A stretch of 64,000 nt of DNA from Lepidodermella squamata. Its lineage: Eukaryota; Animalia; Gastrotricha. Shown here one piece after another: positions 13,079 to 23,504 of this stretch. The stretch covers positions 1,488,001 through 1,552,000 of the forward strand of contig JBLDXI010000029.1 in NCBI GenBank assembly GCA_047495785.1, read 5' to 3'. The notes beneath the pieces are model-generated. The model did not search any database. It saw only the letters and a program-made list of their open reading frames with translations, and was not told the origin of the DNA. A program made the position numbers and the translations under genes. Within the stretch, counting starts at the first letter, position 1. Each line of letters starts with the position of its first letter.

Positions 13079-14765
13079 TCTTTTAAAATAAGCAATATTT
13101 CTACACTTCAGGAAATACAGCAAAATTAAGGCATGAGAAAAAGTCTTAAGAGCTGTTCTGAATTACAAAAGAAAATAAATAATGGCTGAGATATTATTCG
13201 GATATTTGATCAATGAGCCTTGTTTTGCAACACTAAATTTGGTTAGCATATAGGCACGATTTTTCCGATTTATTGATATCTGACCTTTTTGCTTGAATGA
13301 TGAATGATCCTAATGATCCTTGGCAACTACAACTATTCCCTGGCTGCAGGCAAACTTTGCCTATTATCGCGAGACCGATCCTTGTCGGATTACCAGATTC
13401 GTCTGGTAATTCAGTATGGAAAGTTACAACCAGGCCGAAATAAAATCAATGGAAAAATAAAAATAAAAAAGACTCAAGAACGAATTAAATACGTCCTTTA
13501 TTGCAAATAAAATTCCTGGTTTGGTCGGGAGTTCAAAATTATAAATCCTCAACAAATTTATATAGGCAATGATTCCCGCTACATAACTTCGCGGTAGCGG
13601 CTTCGTGTTAGGAATCGTTCTGCCCTGCCGATTCATTGTCTTCGGCTTCGGCCGGCTACCATTGACGTCATGGCCATCGGCGCTCACAGCTTAGGCAAGT
13701 CGCTAACTAACACTGCGTTTTCAGCCAGCTTCACAATGCCACCACCGCGCCACCCTGTCGAACGCCGTTATTCAACTTTTTGCTTTTATGCCATAATATG
13801 ATGACTTGTCGCATCGTTGAGTGCGCACCAGATAGCAACAAATTCAAATTGCCTACATAGAAAAAACCTTGCTAGCGACTCAACATTTACGGGTGGTTTT
13901 TATCGATTGGTGAATTAGGTCGCGATTGTAATTAGTAATCTGGGGTTGGTTGGGATTGAAAAATCGTATAACTATGGGTGATTTCGCAGGCAGGGAAAAT
14001 TTAGATAGTTCAGGACGCCGAAATAACCGAAGCCGCAGCGCTAAATCAATTGAATGATAATCATAGATGCTGGTGAAATTGGCATGTCTGAAATTGAGTC
14101 AATGACGCCTATACCAGTTACAGATTACAATTTCAAATGTCAAATCACGAACTCAACCGACTTCTTGCCGTAAATGATTGATTTCAGGTAAAGTATTGAA
14201 ACAATATGATTTGTCTTAAATGAGGACAACGCTGATACCTACCATTATGGGCCAGGTAAGCGATTTTAAGTTTATCAATACCTGGCAAATGAGGTCCTGC
14301 TAGCTTAATTTCGGACTGCTATATGAACACGATTTTATCGGAAAATCTGGAGGGGATTCATAGTTTAGTCATCGGACGATTTGTGAAATAGCCACCCTCT
14401 GTCATTAGGCTTTTATTTCATTTGATTTTCATTGAAATAAAAAAAGCTTATTTGTATTTTGAATCCTATTCCTAAACCTACACCGACATGTAATACGAAC
14501 CTGCCAGCTGTTTTTCAGCGAATGTCTCTGCGTTAATCGGTCCGGTCTCGATCAATCGGCTCACACCGATTATTCTGACATATCATACACAAACTATAAA
14601 TATTTGAGTTGGGAAACAGGATTTAATCGGTTTGCCTCGTTGAATATTGTGGGCGTCCTTTTCACCTTCATTTCAGCAGCGCAGCATGTTCTACGTGGTA
14701 GGAGACGTTGCTAGGTGAAACTACCCACAGGCACGAACACATTTTATTAGTTACCTCGAGCCAAT

Positions 14766-15850
14766 ATCAAAACGACGCTGGGGCGAATTTTAGCTCTAAT
14801 CTTGTTTGCTGTGATATGGCCCCGAGCAATATGTGGAGGCTATCACTACAATATCTACCCCGGAAAGGCAGTCGGCCCAGTTACAGCCGGCTACAACCTG
14901 TCGATTCACCTTGTTGGAAATCTAAGCTCGGTTGAACTAGCCTTAAACTGTATGGCTTCGTGCAATTCCAACGATCTTTGCAAATCTGGTCAATTCACTG
15001 CGAGTAATCTAACTTGCCTTCTGTGGAGCTTCGATTTATCAGGCTCGCAGATCGCACAACTTTTCACAAGTGCAGTTGCAACATCATGTTCTGTCGCATC
15101 AAATGGTCTGATGTGGCCAATGCTCGGCGAGATCTTGTACGCAAACTCGAATTCGGGATGCAATTTTAAATTCGGCTTGGACAGCCCCTTGTTTGCTGCA
15201 ACAAGTCGCTAGCGACGAAATGGTTGATTTATATACTTCATAAGTCGGCGATCTAGCTTATTCTTCAAGTTCTTACTACAACGACGAACTCATTCGACAT
15301 GTTCGGCTGTTCGCAAATCACGGATTCTACTTTGGCTTTGCTGCTGCGGCTCCACTTGGCTCGTGGATTCGTGTCGATCCCCAACGATTTGTTTGGATGA
15401 CTGAATTCCAATACTTTTGCATTAATTGCCAGCCGAAACTGAAAGTAGAGTACAGTTTTGATGGGCTGAATTTTTATGCCATCGACACCGGCCATGGAGA
15501 ACCAGTGTTCACCGAGACAACTTGAAGCGAAAACACAACCGCGATTTTCACCCCCTTCAGGCCTATTCTAACGAAACACGTCAAAGTTTCAAACACTTTT
15601 GAAAATAAAACTGTAAACTATTTGAGCAAGGCTAAAATTGCTGTGAAGGGGAGCCCCGCTCATTGCTTCGAACCGCTCGGCATGGAAACCTACGAAATTG
15701 AAGATTCCTAACTTCCGACCGAACGAGTCACGGCAAAGCCGTATTATTCTAGGCTGAATTGGGGATTGGCTGCGTATGCTAACACCGTGCCTTTGACGAT
15801 CGACTTGAAGAAGCAGGCCCTGCCTGTGTTACGCATTGTCTCCGGAAATT
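14766..15850 (+). pseudogene. Secreted PAN/apple + discoidin (F5/8 type C) domain pseudogene
   Basis: Signal-peptide-like KTTLGRILALILFAVIWPRAICG follows ATC (presumed lost ATG). PAN-like CMASCNSNDLCKSGQF...CLL. After a frameshift near 15200: SSSSYY..HVRL..SWIRVD..LKVEYSFDGLNF..PILTKHVKV, then CFEPLGMETYEIEDS*L (second discoidin start). Stops at 15241, 15523, 15709. Truncated by a repeat. Confidence 0.72.
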
Positions 15851-16744
15851 GGAACTCGCCGTACTCGATTTATACTCATCTCCACTCGTCTTCGACTCGT
15901 TCCGATCGATAAATCGGCCGGCTCGTTCAGATATAGACTCTTTACTCGTGCTATAACAGACAACTATAATATACTTTATTAGTGGATTCGCGCGACAGAA
16001 ATGTTTCATCCCGGGGTCATAGCAACAATAAATTGACCAATCAGCGCGCGGGTCAAAGCTTAACTTACTACTTGAAACACAATGTCGTTCTCGTTTAAAT
16101 TTGAATTTAGAAATTTAGAATTTAACCCGCATCTGATCATTTGCGACACATGGTATTCCGCTCTTATCTCATGACTCATGAGTGTAGGCAGTCTCTCTTA
16201 AACTATGCATAATTAAGTCAATGATCTCACCCTACTATTCGGTGAGAGCCAAAACTTCAGGATGGTATGACGCGCCACACTAAGATTTCGCAGTAAGATG
16301 TTTTATTTGGCCAAAAGCATAATAATCAAATATAAATTATTACAAAGAAATTAAAATAAAATAAAAATCAGCAAATTCGCGGTAAACTTGTTGCATACCA
16401 ACACTCCATATATAACAATTTGCAGTAGGTTAAGGTTACAGGTATAATATGGATAATTAATTCAATGCCAGTTAATACCCAGCCATAAAATATATAAAAA
16501 ATTGGCATTTTTTTAAATACATGTTTTGTTAAGTATCATGTTTTGTTTGGGTTCAACCCCGCGATTATAGAAAACCAATAATAGTCAAAAATAGTAATTG
16601 TTTTTTTCAAAGTTCATCATCATGAAATATTGCTGATTAAACATAAGTTCAGAAAAATCAAGGGCGTCAAACACGAGACAGTAATTTCTCTTAGCAGATA
16701 CGTCTTTTCTCTGTGGGAAAGTCAGAGCCCCGAAATTTGCATCT

Positions 16745-18281
16745 TCAAGGCAAATTTTTCTTGTACCAAAACTTCAGTATTGTGCCAGCCAAATCGTCGG
16801 AACCACGTTGAATAGCAACAGATCCAACCTAAAATAATTGCATGTTTAGATATAATTAATTAATTCTTTCAGTGAATATCATTTCGTTAGATTAACGCGA
16901 ATAATTGTCAAATTGTTTGATAATTTCTAAAATCAGCCAGCAAAAAATATGCACAAATGTTAGTTGGGATATTTTAATTATAAGATTATGTATTAGGTAT
17001 CTATCAATATTACCGAATCAAATGTAACCCATGGCACGAATTGAATCGGGTTCGAAAGATTGGCGGTAAGCAAGGCCATCGTGTGCATCAAATTGTCGCC
17101 GGTCGGGCTCCTAAGGCACTGCTGATAGACTTCGTTCTCGTTCACGGTTAATCCGCTTTCTTGCGGCGCGCCGCAAATAGTCGTTTCAATTGAGCGAATA
17201 TCGATATAGCTAAATGTTATTAAGGTCGAGAAGGCACATTTCAGAAAAGAGACTGCACGCGTAACGTTGTAGCCGACTGCCGAGTCAAAACACGCCATGA
17301 ACCTGTTGCCGTAACATTCGTCTGCACCGTGTTCGCACTCATAAAGGTATTCTCCAGTTGCTGAGTTGAACGATTCCTAAAGTTAACATTTCATTTTCAT
17401 TTTCAACAGCTTGTTTTTTATCCCAATTCAAAATTAAATTAAATTAAATTGAAATCAAAAGTTGAAATACTTCAAACACAGCCAATTAAAAAGGGTTGTT
17501 TTCGAATATAAATTTTACATCGTGATTGATTACCATGTGTTCTCAAAGTACAATGGCCAGGCCTTGCATTGAAAATCAAGAATAATGCACAGCCCTATAC
17601 TCTGACGCTATTGTGGACCTCCCGGCTGAGTCATTTTTTACCGAAGCGAAGCCTCGATAAAAAATGTTGAAATGCCGGGGAACGTTGAAAAAATTGAAAT
17701 TAATATTAAGGGGGGACGGGGGAGGGGGGGGGGGGGGTTATTCAAAGGTCGAAAATGCTTGCGTAATAGTTAGCATGTGTTAGTTTTATTTATACTATAG
17801 GCACCGTTATACTTTGGATCCAGTTATACTTTGGATATAAGTACACAATATTTTCATCTAGTGGCAATTTTTGAATTTTGGTTCTGCTGTTGGCGCTGCT
17901 GAAAATTAAAACATTGTTTGATTATCAATAGACTGATTTTAAATTTTTGAAATTACAACTTACAACGGCATTTCCGTATGGCACAAAATTGATCCGATAA
18001 AGTTGAGGTGGTAAGACGCGGTTTTCGATCAGTGTGACGATTACACCGACGAAGTACTGCCAGCAAGCCGAGCTAAGCGATTCAAAATAGATGGAAACCG
18101 CGACCGGCCTGTAAGCGGTTAAATTTTTCGGCAGGCCAGCTTTTGCCTGTGCGAAATTTGCGAAACGAGCCGGGTAGCCTGGCAGCGTGGCATCGCCTGC
18201 GCCCTTGGTTTGGCCATGTACTGCCAATAGCAAATATGCGGCGAAAGGAACAGCTGCTAACAGGAACATTTGCGAAAACAT
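16745..18281 (-). CDS. GILT-like protein copy 4 with SxxC active-site variant; exons 18281-17964, 17376-17014, 16828-16745
   Basis: IYFESLSSAC; FVPYGNA; CEHGADECYGNRFMAC; VPWVTFDS; last exon ...ILKFWYKKNLP*; in-frame GT-AG junctions. Confidence 0.88.
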
Positions 18282-18738
18282 GATTATTCTTTTAATAAAG
18301 GCGATTTGCTACACTTCAGAAAAAACAACAGAAAACAGAATTAACAATTCATAAAAGATGCTCTTTTCTAAGTTTTCGACAGAAACTAACAGCGCTGCCT
18401 CGAGCCTTAAAACTGTCGCGCGGAAAGCTGAATTCTGATCTGATCTGTTGTCAGTGTCAGCGGTGAAGGGGAATGTTAGGAGCCCTCAAGGGAATAATTT
18501 AGAATATGAAAATCCTATGTTGAAAACATATGATGTAGAAATCAGGGTGCTAAAATCACCAGGAATAAGCTGGGCCGATAGTCTTATGAACAATAGCCGA
18601 TAGTCTTATGAAATGAACAGATGTGCTGAAAAATTGGTTTTCATCCAGAGATAAAACATTCTGCCGTGAAAGGGTTAAGAATATGTGAAATGGAGATGAA
18701 CCATCTAGCTGCTAGAAGTGAGCGCCTCCGGCATCTCT

Positions 18739-18984
18739 ATCATTTCCAAGCCACCTGCCGGCTATACAAGCAACCATAGACATTTCGGGGTTGTTTACAG
18801 TGATGACAAATCGATCACCGATGATACCAGTGCATGATACGGTGGTGTATAACACAGCGCCCCGATGCAGCAGCGTGAATTTTTACCATCGCCGGTCATC
18901 ATTGGTGATCAATTTAACACCACTGTAAACAACTTCGAAATGTCTATGGTTGCTTGTATAACCGGCAGGTGGCTTGAAAATGAT
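18739..18984. mobile_element. Fold-back MITE-like palindrome with ~90-bp arms upstream of GILT copy 4
   Basis: ATCATTTCCAAGCCACCTGCCGGCTATACAAGCAACCATAGACATTTCG... is mirrored by ...CGAAATGTCTATGGTTGCTTGTATAACCGGCAGGTGGCTTGAAAATGAT. Confidence 0.8.
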
Positions 18985-20642
18985 TATTCGAGACGCCAGA
19001 GCAGCTCCATTCCATTAATTTGACTTACGTAACCACTTACAATTGATAATTCAAGTTTCGAGAAAAGTTCAAGCCTGCCATCTTGGGTCTTGGTAGTTGT
19101 TATGCTCGCTAGCTACAGGCCCAGGCAAACTAAGGGGGCCCGGAATTAAGCACAAAATTTCCTCAAGTAACAAGGCCGAGTACCGAGTACTTCAGTATGC
19201 GAATCACATTAAAAAATCAAAACAAAAGATACTAAATACTTCATCGCAAATAAAATTCTAGGTTTTGCTGGGAGTTCAGAATGTTATTAATCCTCAACAG
19301 GTTTATGTTGACATTGATTCCCGATTATAAAGACATTTCGTCTTTCGTCGTGTTAGCGGCTTCGTGTTCGGCCCGGCCTGTGTTATGCACTGTCTTCAGC
19401 TTCGGCTGGCTACCACTCTGACGTCACAGCCATCGGCTAATAGAGCTCATTTGGCAATGATTCCCGCTACAGCGGCGTCATCGTGTTAGAAATCGTTCTG
19501 CCCTGCCGATGAACTGCCATCAGCTTCGGCCGGCTACCACTGGCGTCACAGCTACCGGCGCTCACAGCTTAGGCAAGTCGCTAGCCAACGCTGCGTTTTT
19601 ACCCAGCTTCACAATGCTGCCACCCTGTCGAACGCCGTAATTTAACTTTTTGCTATAAGTTCATACGATGACTTGTCGCATAGTCGAGTGCGCACCAAAA
19701 CGTCCTAATTGCAAAAAAAAACAATTTTTTTTTACATGAAAAAACATGAGTTGATTGTTTTGAAAATCTCTAGCGCCCATTAATGAATGATTTCTTCTGA
19801 ATGGAAATATGATTTGTTTCGAGATCAGTACTGACTAAGCTAAATTAGCCAAGAAGTGAGCGACCCTCTTGAGATCCTAAAGAGTCAAAAAGGTGCTGAA
19901 TACGTTTTTAACACAGAAAAACGGAAGTAATTTTTTATAGTTGGGTCATCGGACGATTTGAGAAATAATGATCACCCAGTATAATTATGCGAGAAATTTT
20001 AAATCACGAGCCCAGATGATCTCTAGCGGGCGTATGAATCTGAATTCCCAGCATAAATGATTGCTGATTGCAGGTGAATTATTGCAATAGTGTACGACTT
20101 TCGGTTAGGTATGCGATTTTGAGGTTCTAAACTAGCAAATGTCGTCCTGCTAGCTGAACACGATTATATCGGGAAGCTGATAATAATTTTGCTGTTTGGT
20201 CATCGGACGATTGAGAAAAAATTGCCTTTTTTAATTATGCGACCCAATTTATTAATTTCATTTTTCTTCAATTCAAATAAAGTTTAATTCTATTTCGGAT
20301 AGTGATGCGAATCTCCTTGCTATTTTGCAGGGGGAAACTAGGCGAGTTCATGTATGTTCGCGTTTATCGGTCCTGGCTCTGGGCTCGATCCATCGGCTCC
20401 CACCGATTATTCTGCCATCATACTGCCATCAGACAGCTAAACTTATACCAAGGGAGTTGAGAAAACAAGGATTGAATCAATTTGCTTCGTTGAATATTGT
20501 AGGAAATTTCTGACGTGCAACTTTTTCCATCAAACAGTCTTTTCATCAAACAGCGAACAGTCTTTTCTTTTATTCATAAATGAAGCCAATTTTCAGATCA
20601 CAATAAAAATAGAATAAAAATAACCCTCGGTGACTTCGGATT

Positions 20643-22716
20643 TCACGGCAGATTTTTCGCGTACCAATACTTTAAAATTGTCCCAGCCATTTCGAAGTAA
20701 GCGACCCTGATTATCGCATCAGATCCAACCTGAAAAATTAGCAAAATTTAAAAGTACGCAATTCAAATTGAAAATCAAAAGATTTTCATAATTCTCTAAT
20801 AATTTTGTGATCATTAATGACCGATTAAAATTTCGAAATTTTGAAATTTAAAAAATTAACTATTTAAATTGTTAAGTGCAAAATTACAACTCCATGACAT
20901 AGCAATTATATAGTGTAAAAAACCAGAGTTGCACTTGTATAAACAGTCTGTAAAAACACACGTGTTTAAACACATGATTAAACAGTATAAAGTTTTGGTG
21001 CCATGTGAAAATGTATAAATATAGGTGCAGAAACGTAGCAGGTTTTGACCACTATAACAAGGAAACTAAGGTGAAAGTTAAGGGAATTTCGTCATTTTGT
21101 AAACTTATCACATATCGAGACTTATACTATATAATACTTGTATTTAGATAGTGTATTAGATGACGTTGGGTAGTGGGATATACGCAGGATGAACAAGGGT
21201 TCCCAACGTGCTTGAGCTTCATCAGCGTCTTTTTCTGAAACTAAGGTTACTGCAATCGTAAAACAGATATCGCCATTGAATTCCTGGTCAAAAGTTACCC
21301 TAGAGAAGTCATAGAAAACGACTAGCAAAAAGACTTTAGGGCAATTTTTTATTACTGCAATAAAGTAATCTGGACCGGAAGTGATCCTATCTCGGAAGCG
21401 GCGATGGGTATGAAAATTCTGCAAAAGCCATTCGATCCGGCGGGGCCCTTTTCATTTTCTTTGTTAACTTTCTTTGTTGGCAAGAGCTCAGCTGTCCATC
21501 GTTAATTCTCGACGAACCGTAAAATTGTTTCGCAATCTCGCCTTTAGATTCCGTTTGCCTCGCGGGTTTGCGCCATAGGTACCTAACTGTGGCAGCTAAG
21601 CAACATGCTGCTAATCGTTTTCTTGACACGTATTATGGTAACTTTTGACGAGGAATTCAATGGTGACATCTGTTTTACGATAGCAGTGAGTCCTGTGGTA
21701 AGAAAACAAAAATATGGTTCTTGGCTAGGCGTCGAAATCAGAGCCTTAGTCTTATTATTTATATGCAGTGTTTAAACATATATTTTTACATGTTTAAACA
21801 GTTTATACGTATAAACATGTATAAATTGACCGCGATCTGTGAATAGTGCAACCCTGTAAAAAACATACCGAATCAAAGGTCACCCAAGGAATGAAAGTTT
21901 GCGGAGGTTGAAGAGCTTCGGTTCTCGCGCCCATTCTCGCGTGCAATTCCTTGCCCGTCCCGGTTGTATGACACTGAACCCATGAGTTGTAAGTAGTCAC
22001 TGATCTCGCCCTCAGAGGCGCAGCGCACCTGTTAGCGAGTTGACCAATGCGAATGCCCGAAAACACGTCCCTGAACATGCAGTTGAAAAAGGCGACCGAT
22101 TGCGTGACGTTGAAGCCGACTGCCATGTCAAAACACGCCTGGTATATGTTGCCTTCACATTCTTCGGGCCCGTGTTGGCAGGTGAATGAGTAATTTCGTG
22201 AAGTAGCATTGTATCGGGTCTAAATAATTGAAAAATATTAGGTAAATTAAATTCCTGACATTTGATTTTTTGAATTTTTAAGAAATTTTGAAATTTGTTT
22301 AGAATTTCAAAAAATAGGAATATCAGGTTTATACTTTTCGATCCGAAACAAGATTTGAATTGGGAATTCTTTTTTCTATTTCAAGTTTTCAAATTGAAAT
22401 TTTTAAACTTTTTCAAATTCACCTCAGCATTTCCGTAGGGTACGAATTCGAGCCGATACAATTCAGGCGGGATTATGCGATTGTTGACCAATGGGCCGAT
22501 TTGGTTGAGGAAAAATGTCATGCTATCAGGGCAGACAGACTCGAAGTAGATGCCGACTGTCACCGGGCTGTAGCCGGTTAGATTTCGCGGCAGACCAGCT
22601 TTTGCCTGCGAGAAATTTGAGAATCGAGGCGGGTAGCCGGGCGGCCTACCTGCTTCCAAGCTGTGGGCTTGTAATAGCAGAACAGCTGCAGAAATGACAC
22701 TGGCAAGCAAGGACAT
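20643..22716 (-). CDS. IFI30: Gamma-interferon-inducible lysosomal thiol reductase (GILT)-like protein, copy 5, CxxS active site; exons 22716-22423, 22219-21869, 20729-20643
   Basis: Signal peptide; IYFESVCPDS; LEFVPYGNA; canonical signature CQHGPEECEGNIYQAC; IPWVTFDS. Confidence 0.92.
20924..21856. mobile_element. Non-autonomous hAT-like DNA transposon in intron 2 of GILT copy 5
   Basis: TIRs CAGAGTTGCACT / AGTGCAACCCTG. Perfect 8-bp TSD TAAAAAAC at 20916-20923 and 21857-21864. Subterminal TGTTTAAACA repeats. Internal ~50-bp inverted repeat at ~21250-21300 and ~21637-21688. Confidence 0.85.
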
Positions 22717-23504
22717 TAGAGAAATCAGGATTAAAGTAATAAATTTCGTGGTCTATCTGTCAAAATGTGAAGACTATCGAAAAGTATTTTTTTACAGGTA
22801 GACAACAGCCAATAATTCTTGAATATTAGTTACCTAGTCAGGATTTTATTAATTTTTAGCGTATTAATTTTCAAAGATGATTATTTCTACGAATATGAAG
22901 CTTCACATAATTTGTATGAAGTTCACCGTAATGGAAGATTTTTTCCTGACAGTAACCTTACATGTGTTAAGGTTTAAGGTTAATAATTGTTTAGATGCTT
23001 GCCCATAGTCCGATGAATGGATGGGTTTACGGGTTTGAGGCCAAGTTATATAAACACGTTTAGGAGACGTTCTGTCGTGCTGTTCTTTCTTTATCTCTTT
23101 TCTGCTGCGGTATTACACATCAAAACTGGCCTCGTTAACAGGGACCTCAAGGTGTTGCCTCGCTCTCGGTAGAAAAAAATGAGCAATTACTTCTAGAAAC
23201 AACTATTAGTAATCATTGCACATAATAATGTGTGGAACGAATGGAAAGTGCTGAGTTCAGTGCATAAGAATTATTCCTTGAAAGAATCGGAATTAAAACG
23301 GGTCTTTCCGAACAGTCTGCCATTTATTTCAAACAATTATATGAATTATAGGGGTGTAACAAGCAATAGCTTTGTAAGCTAGTATATATATAACCTTTCG
23401 AAGGTGCTATTTCTGCTCATCAACTTGAGTTTCGAACACTAGCACATGAGAGCAATTGAAGACGATGACGAAAACATCTTCTGTCAAACAAGATGCGCGT
23501 GTTT

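Noticed and set aside
15200-15720. Alternative genetic code explaining in-frame stops in the discoidin region
   Set aside because: Stops are mixed TAA/TGA and come with a frameshift and a lost ATG; neighbouring genes read normally in the standard code.
17709-17737. Poly-G run with G-quadruplex potential in GILT copy 4 intron
   Set aside because: Absent from paralogous introns; likely a repeat remnant or homopolymer of uncertain length.
1351-22716. Selenocysteine or stop readthrough in the GILT copies (all end in TGA)
   Set aside because: The active-site codons are ordinary sense codons, the TGA follows a conserved C-terminus, and I saw no conserved downstream frame or SECIS-like hairpin.
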